Shown here in pieces: positions 53,376-62,988 of a stretch of 64,000 nt of DNA. Position 1 is the stretch's first letter, and each line of letters starts with the position of its first letter. The translations under genes were made by a program, and so were the position numbers. The notes beneath the pieces are model-generated. The model made no database searches and had not been told where the DNA came from. It saw only the letters and a list, made by a program, of their open reading frames with translations. Source of the stretch: an uncultured Gemmatimonadales bacterium. Lineage in GTDB: Bacteria; Gemmatimonadota; Gemmatimonadetes; Longimicrobiales; RSA9. Location: positions 64,001 through 128,000 of the forward strand of contig CAWFKH010000003.1 of the NCBI GenBank assembly GCA_963816355.1. The letters are read 5' to 3'.

Positions 53376-53543
53376 CGCCCTCCCTCGCGTTCCACTTCCG
53401 AGCGGACCTCTTTTTACGCGCCCCGGGCCGCGGAGGGCAAGTGGCAGACGGAGCCCGGCATGCGCGAGAGCATTGACGCAAGCCGAAGCTTCGTCGCATC
53501 TTCGGGATCCTCCCAACCAACACGGTGAACGGGCTCGGGAAAC

Positions 53544-54431
53544 ATGGCGGCACGCGCTATCGGATCGGCATCGATCGCCTTCGGCCTGGTGTCGGTGCCG
53601 GTCAAGCTGTATTCGGCGGCGGATACGTCCGGCAGCATCTCCTTCAACTGGATCCACAAGGATTGCGGGTCGCGGCTGAAGCAGCAGTACATCTGCGCGA
53701 AGGAGGGCACGGCCGTCGAGCGCGACGACATGGTGAAGGGCTACGAGTTCACCAAGGGCCAGTACGTCCTCTTCTCGCCCGAAGAGCTGAAGGCGCTCGA
53801 GGAACAGGGGACGAGCACGATCGACATCGCCGAGTTCGTTCCCGCCGACCAGGTCGACCCGATCTACCTCGACCGCACCTACTACCTGGGACCGGACAAG
53901 GGCGGCGACCGCGCCTACCACCTGCTCTCCGCCGCACTCAAGGAGACCGGCCTGGCGGCCCTCGCGCGCTACGCGGCCCGCGGCAAGCAGTACCTGGTCC
54001 TCGTCCGCCCGAAGGACGGCGGACTCGTCATGGAGCAGCTCCACTACGCCGACGAGGTGCGCTCCTTCGACGAAGTGCCGCTCGGCCGCGGCGACGTGAA
54101 GAAGGAGGAGCTGAAGCTCGCCACGCAACTCGTGAAGCAGGCCGCCACCGACACCTTCGATCCCACGCCCTTCAAGGACGAGGTGCGCGAGCGCGTCCTC
54201 GACCTCATCCAGCGCAAGGTCGAGGGCGAGGACATCACCGAGATCGCCGCACCGGAGCCCCAGGCCCAGATCATCGACCTCATGGCCGCCCTCAAGGCGT
54301 CGCTCGCCAGGAACGAGGGCAAGCCCGCCGCCCGCAAGGCGCCGCGCCGCGCCGCCTCCCGCAAGAAGGGTGAGACGGAGGAGGGAGCCGCCCCCAGGTC
54401 GCGCCGTCGCAAGGCCGGAGGCGAGAAGTAG
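53544..54431 (+). CDS. ku: Ku protein
   Basis: IAFGLVSVPVKLY, VKGYE, IIDLMAALKASL, basic C-terminal tail; TTGACG-N18-CATCTT upstream. Confidence 0.97.
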   Translation: MAARAIGSASIAFGLVSVPVKLYSAADTSGSISFNWIHKDCGSRLKQQYICAKEGTAVERDDMVKGYEFTKGQYVLFSPEELKALEEQGTSTIDIAEFVPADQVDPIYLDRTYYLGPDKGGDRAYHLLSAALKETGLAALARYAARGKQYLVLVRPKDGGLVMEQLHYADEVRSFDEVPLGRGDVKKEELKLATQLVKQAATDTFDPTPFKDEVRERVLDLIQRKVEGEDITEIAAPEPQAQIIDLMAALKASLARNEGKPAARKAPRRAASRKKGETEEGAAPRSRRRKAGGEK

Positions 54432-54444
54432 CGCCAGGCCCGCG

Positions 54445-55272
54445 ATGAAGGGGTACACGACGCGGGATGTCGCCGAGCTCATCGGCCTCTCGCCTTCGCG
54501 CATCCGCGCGTACGCCCGCGCCGGCCTCCTCGACGCCGTACGCCAGGGCCGCGAGTACCGCTACTCCTTCCAGGACCTCGTCCTGCTCCGCACCGCGCGC
54601 GGCCTCGAGCAGGCCGACGTCCCCGTCCGCACCATCCGGCGCGTCCTCGGACGCCTCCGCGACCGTCTGCCTCGCGGGCGCGCCCTCACCGAGCTGCGCA
54701 TCACCGCCGTCGGGGGCGACGTCCTCGTGCAGGACCGGAGCGGCGCCTGGAACCCCGAGTCCGGCCAGATCCAGCTCGACTTCACCGTCTCCGACCTCGC
54801 CGCCGACGCCGCTCCGCTCGTGCGCGCCTTCCCCTCGCCGCGCTCGGCGGCGCCCGACTACGGCGCCGACGACTGGTACGACCTCGCCCTCGACCTCGAG
54901 GCGCACGACGCCGACCAGGCCCGCACCGCCTACGAACGCGCCCTCGAAGCGGATCCCGAGCACCCCGACGCCCACGTCAATCTCGGCCGCCTCCTCCACG
55001 AGCGCGGCCGCCTCGACGCCGCCGAGGCGCACTACCGTCGCGCCCTCGCCCGCAACCCCCGCCACACCACCGCCTGGTTCAACCTCGGCGTCGTCCTCGA
55101 GGATGCCGGCCGTGCCGACGACGCCGCCTCCGCCTACGACCGCGCCCTCGACCTCGATCCCACCCTCGCCGACGCCCACTACAACCTCTCCCGCCTCTAC
55201 GAGCGCCGCGGCGACCGCCCCGCCGCCCTCCGCCACCTGCATCGCTACAGAGACCTCGTGAGCGGCCCGTAA
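54445..55272 (+). CDS. MerR-type HTH + TPR protein
   Basis: YTTRDVAELIGLS..IRAY..GLL...YSFQDL; three to four TPRs (DAHVNLG, AWFNLG, DAHYNL). Confidence 0.88.
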   Translation: MKGYTTRDVAELIGLSPSRIRAYARAGLLDAVRQGREYRYSFQDLVLLRTARGLEQADVPVRTIRRVLGRLRDRLPRGRALTELRITAVGGDVLVQDRSGAWNPESGQIQLDFTVSDLAADAAPLVRAFPSPRSAAPDYGADDWYDLALDLEAHDADQARTAYERALEADPEHPDAHVNLGRLLHERGRLDAAEAHYRRALARNPRHTTAWFNLGVVLEDAGRADDAASAYDRALDLDPTLADAHYNLSRLYERRGDRPAALRHLHRYRDLVSGP

Positions 55273-55398
55273 GGAATTCCCCCACCCCTTTTTCCACCTT
55301 CCCCCGACGTATTTTTCCTTTCCCCCCCGACAGCCCGCACCCGCCCGAGAAGGCACCTTACGCATGCGAATTGGACGCGACGGCGGCTGCACAGGAGG

Positions 55399-56748
55399 AT
55401 GGCGGTGGATCGCTCGAATCAGCGTGGCGGTGGAAATCCCTCGGATGGCGCAGCGCTTCCGGACGGCGGCGCCCCCGCGGCGGATGCCCCCTCGACAAGC
55501 GGCGCCCTCGCGGCGGATCGCGCCCCCTCGACAAGCGGCGCGCTCTCGGCGGATCGCGCGCGCGGGTCAGGCGGCCGTCCAGCGGGAGCGGCCGGCATGC
55601 ATCCGGGCGCGATCGACTTCGCGCAGTCGCCCTTCCTGGTGATCTGGGAGACGACGCAGGCGTGCGATCTCGCGTGCAAGCACTGCAGGGCGGAGGCACA
55701 GCCGAATCGGCATCCGGACGAGCTGACGACGGCGGAGGCGAAACGGCTGCTGGAGGATGTGCGGCGCTTCGGCCCGATCATCTTCGTCTTCTCGGGCGGC
55801 GACGCGCTGAAGCGGCCCGACATCGTCGAGCTGGTGCGGCACGGCGCGGATCTGGGGCTGCGCATGGCGATCACGCCGGCGACGACGCCGCTCGCCACGC
55901 GCGAGAAGCTGCAGGAGCTGAAGGACGCCGGGCTGGCGCGGCTCGCGGTGAGCCTCGACGGCTCGCACCCCGGCATCCACGACGAATTCCGCCGCGTCGC
56001 CGGCTCCTTCGAACACGGCCGGCGGATCCTGCGGACGGCGCAGGAGATCGGACTCTCGACGCAGGTGAACACCGTCGTCGCCAAGCACAATCTGGACGAT
56101 CTCGAGGCGCTGATCGCGCTGATGACGGAGCTCGGCATCGTCTTCTGGGAAGTGTTCCTCCTCGTGCCGATGGGACGTGCGCGGCCGGAGGACGTCGCAT
56201 CGGCGGAGGAGTTCGAGGCGGTCTTCAACCGTCTCTACGACCTCTCGAAGACGGCGCCGTTCGACATCAAGGCGACCGCCGCCCCGCAGTACTCGCGCGT
56301 CGTGCTGCAGCGCAAGGTCGCCGAGCGTCGCGCCGGCCGGCGCGGCGAGGCGGCCGACGTGCTGACCGACGGCGTCGCCCACTCGCTGAAGGACGGAATC
56401 GGCCGCGCCCGCGGCGTCAACGACGGCGATGGCTTCCTGTTCGTCAGCCACACCGGCGAGATCTTCCCCTCCGGGTTCCTGCCGGTGAGCGCGGGCAACG
56501 TGCGGACCGACGACCTGGTCGAGGTCTACCGCACCGCGCCGCTCTTCCTCGCGCTCCGCGACCGCGACCTCTTCACCGGCAAGTGCGGCGTGTGCGAGTA
56601 CCTGTCGGTGTGCGGTGGCAGCCGCGCCCGCGCCTACGCCGTCACCGGCGACTACCTTGCCGCCGAGCCGTTCTGCGCGCACGTGCCGCGGCGCTGGAAC
56701 CCACGCAAGCAGCCGCTGCCGATGTACGGCGGCGTCGAAGCCCGGTGA
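55399..56748 (+). CDS. Radical SAM/SPASM protein (NirJ/Ahb-related, TIGR04053-like)
   Basis: WETTQACDLACKHC, SGGD, SLDG, C-terminal CGVC..VCGGSRARAY..EPFC; SD AGGAGG; alternative start 55597. Confidence 0.9.
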   Translation: MAVDRSNQRGGGNPSDGAALPDGGAPAADAPSTSGALAADRAPSTSGALSADRARGSGGRPAGAAGMHPGAIDFAQSPFLVIWETTQACDLACKHCRAEAQPNRHPDELTTAEAKRLLEDVRRFGPIIFVFSGGDALKRPDIVELVRHGADLGLRMAITPATTPLATREKLQELKDAGLARLAVSLDGSHPGIHDEFRRVAGSFEHGRRILRTAQEIGLSTQVNTVVAKHNLDDLEALIALMTELGIVFWEVFLLVPMGRARPEDVASAEEFEAVFNRLYDLSKTAPFDIKATAAPQYSRVVLQRKVAERRAGRRGEAADVLTDGVAHSLKDGIGRARGVNDGDGFLFVSHTGEIFPSGFLPVSAGNVRTDDLVEVYRTAPLFLALRDRDLFTGKCGVCEYLSVCGGSRARAYAVTGDYLAAEPFCAHVPRRWNPRKQPLPMYGGVEAR

Positions 56749-58769
56749 GCATCGCCCGGCCCGTTCATCCCCCTGGCGCCCATGCGTCGTTGGCGAGCGC
56801 GGCCGGCTGTCACGGCGGTGCGGTCGTCGCGCCGGTGCCGGGGGCGTTGCGCGTCGCGCTGATCGGCACGCCGAACGTCGGCAAGAGCGCGCTCTTCAAC
56901 CGCATCACGTCCTCCTACGTGACCGTCTCGAACTTCCCGGGCACCTCGGTCGAGGTGGCGCGCGGAGCGGGCCGTGCGGGCGAGACGGCGCTCGAGGTGA
57001 TCGACACGCCGGGCATCTACTCGCTGCTGCCCTCGAGCGAGGAGGAGCGCGTCACGCAACGCGTCGCGATCCGCGCCGAGGCGGATGTCTTCGTCCACGT
57101 CGCTGACGCGAAGGGCGTGGACCGCATGCTGCCGCTCACGCTGCAGCTCGCCGAGCTCGGCCGGCCGCTCGTCCTCGCGCTCAACATGATCGACGAGGCG
57201 CGCGCGGCCGGGATCGAGATCGACACGGCCCTCCTCGCGCGCCGGCTCGGCGCGCCGGTGGTGGCGACGAGCGCGGTGAGCGGCGAAGGCGTGGCGCGTC
57301 TGCTCGACGAGGTGCGCACCGCGCCGGGCTCGGCGCCGCCGCAGCTTCCGCCCTACGCGAACGGCGTGGGCGAGGCGATCGAATCCGTGCGCGCCGGACT
57401 GGTGGGGGAGTACGTCGTGGAGCCGGGCGCCCTCGCGGCGCTGGCGCTGCAGGGCGACGAGGCCGCGCTCGCCGCGATCGCGGCGGCGGAGCCGGACGGG
57501 GGCGAAGCGGCGCGTGCGGCGCTGGGCCGCGGCGCGGACGCGCTCGGTCGCGCCGTCGTCTACCGCCTGGCGTTCGAGCGGCGGCGTACCGCGGAGGCGC
57601 TGCTGGACGACGTCGTCCGCGACGAGCGACGCGGCAGCCGCGGCCGCGACGCGCTCGGCCGGCTGCTCGCGCGGCCGCTGACGGGGCTGCCGGTGCTGGC
57701 GCTCGTGATCTACCTCGGCCTGTACAAGTTCGTCGGCCAGTTCGGCGCCGGCACGCTGGTCGACTGGATCGAGGGTCCGCTCTTCGAGGCGCGCATCAAT
57801 CCGGCCTTCGAGCGGCTGTTCGCGCACGTGCCGTGGGAGGCGGTGCGCGCGCTCTTCGTCGGCGACTACGGCGTGCTGACGCTCGGCATCCGCTACGCGA
57901 TCGCGCTCATCCTGCCGGTCGTCGGCACCTTCTTCGTCTTCTTCTCGGTGCTCGAGGACTCCGGCTACTTTCCGCGCCTCGCGTTGCTCGTCGACCGCGT
58001 GTTCAAGCGCATCGGGCTCTCCGGACGTGCCGTGATTCCGATGGTGCTCGGCTTCGCCTGCGACACCATGGCGACGATGGTGACGCGCACGCTCGAGACG
58101 AAGCGCGAGCGCGTCCTCGCCACGCTCCTGCTCGCGCTCGCCATCCCCTGTTCGGCGCAGCTCGGCGTCATCCTCGCCATCCTCGCCGTCAATCCGCTGG
58201 CGCTCGGCGTCTGGAGCATCGCGATGCTCGGCACCTTCCTGCTCGTGGGCGTGCTGACCGCGAAGGTGCTTCCCGGCGAGGCGCCGGCGTTCCACATGGA
58301 GCTGCCGCCGTTGCGCTGGCCGCGCGCGGGCAACGTGCTCATGAAGACGTACACGCGCATGCACTGGTACTTCCTCGAGGTGCTGCCGCTCTTCCTCTTC
58401 GCGAGCGTGCTGCTCTGGGCCGGCGATCAGACCGGTCTCCTGAAGGTCGCGATCTCCGGTCTCGCGCCCCTCGTGCACCTCCTCGGTCTGCCCGCGCAGA
58501 CCGCGTCCGTCTTCCTCTTCGGCTTTTTCCGCCGCGACTACGGCGCCGCCGGCCTCTTCGACCTGCAGCGTCAGGGCCTGCTCGACACCACGCAGATCAC
58601 CGTCGCCGCCGTCACGCTCACGCTCTTCGTGCCCTGCATCGCCCAGTTCCTGATGATGATCCGCGAGCGCGGGGTGAAGACCGCGCTCGGGATGCTCGCC
58701 TTCATCACCCCCTTCGCCTTCGGCGTCGGGTTCGCGCTCAACCTCCTGCTGCGGGGGCTCGGATGGTGA
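56745..58769 (+). CDS. feoB: Ferrous iron transporter B
   Basis: GTPNVGKS, SNFPGT, DTPG, NMID, LEDSGY, PCSAQ, PCIA; GTGA overlap with the radical SAM gene. Confidence 0.95.
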   Translation: MSIARPVHPPGAHASLASAAGCHGGAVVAPVPGALRVALIGTPNVGKSALFNRITSSYVTVSNFPGTSVEVARGAGRAGETALEVIDTPGIYSLLPSSEEERVTQRVAIRAEADVFVHVADAKGVDRMLPLTLQLAELGRPLVLALNMIDEARAAGIEIDTALLARRLGAPVVATSAVSGEGVARLLDEVRTAPGSAPPQLPPYANGVGEAIESVRAGLVGEYVVEPGALAALALQGDEAALAAIAAAEPDGGEAARAALGRGADALGRAVVYRLAFERRRTAEALLDDVVRDERRGSRGRDALGRLLARPLTGLPVLALVIYLGLYKFVGQFGAGTLVDWIEGPLFEARINPAFERLFAHVPWEAVRALFVGDYGVLTLGIRYAIALILPVVGTFFVFFSVLEDSGYFPRLALLVDRVFKRIGLSGRAVIPMVLGFACDTMATMVTRTLETKRERVLATLLLALAIPCSAQLGVILAILAVNPLALGVWSIAMLGTFLLVGVLTAKVLPGEAPAFHMELPPLRWPRAGNVLMKTYTRMHWYFLEVLPLFLFASVLLWAGDQTGLLKVAISGLAPLVHLLGLPAQTASVFLFGFFRRDYGAAGLFDLQRQGLLDTTQITVAAVTLTLFVPCIAQFLMMIRERGVKTALGMLAFITPFAFGVGFALNLLLRGLGW

Positions 58770-59122
58770 TACACGTGGCTTTGCCGATCGCGGTCGACGT
58801 CGCCACGGACGCCGCCGCGATCTCCTCGACCCCGCTCGCCGTGACGCCGCCCCTCGCCGGCCGAGCGGCGCCGGACGCCCGGGGAGCGGTGGCGGACGGC
58901 CGGGGCGCGGCGCCGGACGGCCGGGGAGCCCTCCTCGTGTGCGGCCTGTGCGGCCGCGGGTTCCGCGAGGATTCCGGCCAGCCCACCTGTCTCGGCTGCC
59001 CGCTCGCAGGAAGCTGCCACTTCCTCCGCTGTCCCCACTGCGGCTTCGAGAACCCCGTCATGCCCGGCTGGCTCGCGCGCGTGAAGGGGTGGTTCGCGCA
59101 CCGCGTCGACAGCGACGAATAG
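58763..59122 (+). CDS. Small Cys-rich protein in feo operon
   Basis: CGLC-x12-CLGCP-x4-C-x4-CPHC; overlaps the feoB stop. Confidence 0.75.
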   Translation: MVIHVALPIAVDVATDAAAISSTPLAVTPPLAGRAAPDARGAVADGRGAAPDGRGALLVCGLCGRGFREDSGQPTCLGCPLAGSCHFLRCPHCGFENPVMPGWLARVKGWFAHRVDSDE

Positions 59123-59138
59123 ACCGCGTGAGGCGCCG

Positions 59139-59483
59139 ATGAAGAACTTCTCCCGTTACGTGCTCGAACGGCTGCGAGGCCGTCGCGCGGGCACCTGGGG
59201 CGCCGCGTGCCGCGCGGGCGCGCCGCTGCCGGAGTCGCGCTGCACCTCTCTCGACTGCGACTCGGTCTCGCTCACCGCGATGCGCGTCGGCGCCGCCGGC
59301 ACGATCTCGTGCCTGCAGGAGCCCGAGAGCCGCGCAGTCCGCACCCTCGTCGCGATGGGCGTCCTCCCCGGCGTCGATATCCTTCTCGTCCAGACCTACC
59401 CGGCGTTCGTCTTCCGCCTCGGACGCGCCGAGTTCGCCATCGACGCCACCCTAGCCGACCACATCCGCGTCTACCCCGCCTAA
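59139..59483 (+). CDS. feoA: FeoA family protein
   Basis: SLTAMRVG...LVAMGVLPG...FAID...IRV SH3-like pattern; SD GAGG. Confidence 0.85.
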   Translation: MKNFSRYVLERLRGRRAGTWGAACRAGAPLPESRCTSLDCDSVSLTAMRVGAAGTISCLQEPESRAVRTLVAMGVLPGVDILLVQTYPAFVFRLGRAEFAIDATLADHIRVYPA

Positions 59484-59500
59484 GAGCCCCCCGTCCCGCC

Positions 59501-59565
59501 GTCCAATCCCGCAGTCCAATCCCGCAGTCCAATCCCGCAGTCCAATCCCGCAGTCCAATCCCGCA
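59501..59565 (-). repeat. Tandem repeat GTCCAATCCCGCA x5 (reverse complement of the 15804 unit)
   Basis: Five exact 13-bp copies just after the feoA stop. Confidence 0.97.
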
Positions 59566-59694
59566 GCCCTCGCAGCTCCCACGCCACCCTGGACACCACC
59601 GTCCGAACTCCTTATCTAATAAGCAGAAGGACGCTTCCTCCCCGTTCGTCCTCGTTCGACAGTTCATCCCCGCCAAACGCACCGCAGGAGGCCC

Positions 59695-60981
59695 ATGCAC
59701 CCGGCCGCCCGTGCCCCCGTGGCACGGCTCTGCATCCGCTTCGCCATCGCCATGGCGCTCGCGCTCGCCGCGGCCGCGGCCGCGGCGCCTCCCGGCACGC
59801 CCGTGGCGAGCGGGCCGATCCGCCTGCACGAAGTGCGCGCCGTCGCGGCCGGCATGGACCCGGTCCGCCTGGCGCGCGTCGACTCGATCATCGAAGCGGG
59901 CATCGCCGACGGCGCCGCGCCCGGCGTCGCGCTCGCCGTCGGCCGCCACGGCCAGCTCGTGCGGCTGCGCGGCTACGGCCGCATCGACTGGATGAGCGAC
60001 GCGGCGCCGGTGACGGACTCGACGCTCTACGACCTCGCGTCGTTGACGAAGGTGCTGGCGACGACGGTCGCCGCGATGCGCCACGTCGACGACGGCGAGC
60101 TGTCGCTCGACGCGCCGGTCTGGCGCTACCTGCCGTACTGGCCGCGGAAGGGAAGGGCGGGCCGGATCCGCATCCGGCACCTGCTCACGCACACGTCGGG
60201 GCTTCCCGCCGGCTACGACCTGTGGGCGATCGACGGCGACCGGCGCGACCGGCTGCGTCGCATCGCGCGCATGGGCGTCCGCTTCGAGCCGGGCACGCGC
60301 ACGCTCTACAGCGACCTCGGCATGATCGTGCTGGGCGCGGTGATCGAGCGCATCCGCGGCGAACGCATGGATTCCTACCTGCAACGCCGCGTGTGGCGGC
60401 CGCTCGGGCTGCGCGAGACCGCGTTCAACCCGCTGCACCCGACGAACGGATCGCCGTTCGACCTCGACCGCATCGCCTACACGGAGGTCGACCACACCGT
60501 CCGCCACACGCACGTCCACGGCGTGGTCCACGACCTCAACGCGTGGGCGATGGACGGCGTCGCCGGCCACGCCGGCCTCTTCTCCTCCGCCCGCGACCTC
60601 GCCGTCATCGCGCAGGATCTGCTCGACGGCGCCCGCGGCCGCGAGAGCCGCATCGCGCGACCGCAGACGATCCGCCGCTTCGTTGAGCCGCGCGGCAACG
60701 GCCGCGCCCTCGGCTGGGACGTGCCCAGCGGCGCGCGCTCGCCCGCCGGCAGATTCCTTTCCGCCGACGCGTTCGGCCACACCGGCTACACCGGCACCAG
60801 CATCTGGATCGACCCGGAGCGCGACCTCTTCGTCGTGCTCCTCACCAACCGCGTCGATCCCACCGCCGCCAACGAGCGCCACAAGGCACTCCGCCGTGAC
60901 GTCCACGACGCCGTCGCCCTCGCCATCGCCGACGAGACGGTGGTCGCGCGCCGAGACGCCCGCGGCGAGGTGGGCCGGTGA
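59695..60981 (+). CDS. Secreted serine hydrolase (beta-lactamase class C / AmiE-like)
   Basis: ASLTK (SxxK), LLTHTSG, YSD, HAGLFS, GHTGYTG. Confidence 0.9.
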   Translation: MHPAARAPVARLCIRFAIAMALALAAAAAAAPPGTPVASGPIRLHEVRAVAAGMDPVRLARVDSIIEAGIADGAAPGVALAVGRHGQLVRLRGYGRIDWMSDAAPVTDSTLYDLASLTKVLATTVAAMRHVDDGELSLDAPVWRYLPYWPRKGRAGRIRIRHLLTHTSGLPAGYDLWAIDGDRRDRLRRIARMGVRFEPGTRTLYSDLGMIVLGAVIERIRGERMDSYLQRRVWRPLGLRETAFNPLHPTNGSPFDLDRIAYTEVDHTVRHTHVHGVVHDLNAWAMDGVAGHAGLFSSARDLAVIAQDLLDGARGRESRIARPQTIRRFVEPRGNGRALGWDVPSGARSPAGRFLSADAFGHTGYTGTSIWIDPERDLFVVLLTNRVDPTAANERHKALRRDVHDAVALAIADETVVARRDARGEVGR

Positions 60982-62379
60982 GGCGGGCGCTCCTCGCCTT
61001 CCTCACCCTCGGTGCGTTCCTGGCGGCCGCGCCCGCCGCCGCCCAGACGCTGCTCGTGCGCGGCGGCCACCGCTTCGACGGCGAGCGGATGGTCGAGAAC
61101 CGCGGCGTGCTCGTCGTGGCCGGCCGCATCGTCGCGCTGGACGACGACGCGCTCGCCGCCGCCGCGCGCCGTGGCGCGACCGGCGCCGACTCGCTCCACG
61201 TCCTGGCCCTCGACGCGAACGAGTACCTGCTGCCCGGTTTCTTCGACCTGCACGCGCACTACGGGATGGAGCTGCTCGGACGCCCCCGCGCCGACGAGAC
61301 CCGGGTCAACCCGGTCGTCTACCTGGCCAACGGCGTCACCGCCACCTTCCCGGCCGGCGAGATGAACCCGCACGCCATGGAGCGGCTGCGCCGGGAGATC
61401 GACGCGGGACGGCGCGTGGGGCCGCGCATCCTCGACTCCGGCCCCTATTTCGGCGGCGCGCGCCCCGGCTGGCTGGCCGCCGCGATGACCCCCGACTCGA
61501 TCTGCGCCGAGGTCGACTACTGGGCCGCCCACGGCATCCGCGGGCTCAAGGCGAAGCGCATCTCGCCCGCCGCGCTCGCGCCGCTGATCCGCTGCGGCCA
61601 CCGCCACGGCCTCACCGTCACCGGCCACCTCGACTCCGGCTGGCGCAACAGCGTCAACCCGCGCGACGCGATCCGCATGGGGATCGACCGCGTCGAGCAC
61701 TTCCTCGGCGGCGACGACTTCTCCGCCGACTCCTCCGCGTACGCGTCGCTCGTCAATTTCTCGCCCGACGTCGCCGGGCTTCGACCGCATCGTCCGACTC
61801 TACCTCTCCCGCCACGTCTACTTCGACGCCACCCTCAGCGCGTACGGCTACTACGGCGAGCGCGACCCGCGCGTCTACACGAAGTGGACGGACGAGATGA
61901 AGTACCTCGCGCCGTGGGTCCGGGACTCGATGGCGAAGCTGCCGCCGCGCCCGGTGAACGAGCAGTTCGAGCGGATCTACCGCGCCAAGATGAGGACCGT
62001 GAAGGGGTTCTACGACGACGGAGGCGGCAGCCTCCTCACGGTCGGCACCGACCACCCGAGCTGGGGCGAGTTCCTCGCCGGCTTCTCCATCCACCGCGAG
62101 CTGCACGCCCTCGTCCTCGCCGGAATCCCTCCCGCCGCCGTGCTCCGCGCGGCCACCATCAACGCCGCCCACGCCATCGGCCTGTCCGACCGCCTCGGCT
62201 CCATCGAAGCGGGCAAGTGGGCGGACTTCGTCGTCGTCCACGGCGACCCGCTCGACGACATCACGCGCACGCGACACCCCGCGCGCGTCGTGAAGGGCGG
62301 CGTCGTCTACGACCCGGCCGCGTTGCTGCGCGGCGTCGAGGCGAAGCTCGTCCCGCCGGAAGGGCCGGAGCGGGACTGA
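60978..62379 (+). CDS. Secreted amidohydrolase; frameshift near 61775
   Basis: PGFFDLHAH, TGHL, VEH; continues in another frame as GFDRIVRLY..DATL..GTD..GSIEAGKWAD. Confidence 0.85.
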
Positions 62380-62972
62380 CTAGGAAAGTCCGCCGCGGAT
62401 CAGCGCGAAGACGGCGTAGTTGAGCGTATCGAGGAGCTGCGCCTCCAGGCCTTCGGAGACGTCAGTGCGGCCGGCGTTGCGGATCATCGTCTTCATGCGG
62501 GCGGTGCGGCCGAGGATCTCATCCGTGAGGCTCGCGATCTCCATCTCCCGCCACGCCTCGCCGTAGTCGTGGGTCTTCTGCAGCACCAGCTCGAGACCGC
62601 GCTCGGCGTAGCCGTCGTACGTGGCTGCGGCGCGCTCCGCCGACCACCGCTCGGGCGGCCGGCCTTCCAGCTCCGGAAGCGTCTCCTCCTCAGGGTGCGC
62701 GAGCCGGTCGAGCGCGATGACCGCGTAGTTGACGACGCCGACGTACTCGTCCGACGTCGTGTCCGCGATGCGCCGCGCGTCCCCGAGCCGCTCGAGCTCC
62801 CGGATGCGCCGCGCCTTGATGTAGATCTGGTCGACGAGCGAGCCGAGCCGGAACATGCGCCAGGAGGGGCCGTAGTCCTTCAGCTTCGCGGTGAAGAGAT
62901 CCCGGCAGCCGCGCATGACGCGACGGTAGGACGCGGCCGTCTTCGCCATGCTCTCGGCCGTCGCGTCCTGGT

Positions 62973-62988
<16 letters not shown>
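62380..62988 (-). CDS. DUF1599 family protein (two repeats)
   Basis: KLKDYG.SW...VNYA and KTHDYG.AW...LNYA; start 62988 or 62949. Confidence 0.85.

Noticed and set aside
59695..60981. Antibiotic-resistance beta-lactamase
   Set aside because: YSD and HTG motifs with HAGLFS fit the broad esterase/amidase branch; resistance cannot be inferred.
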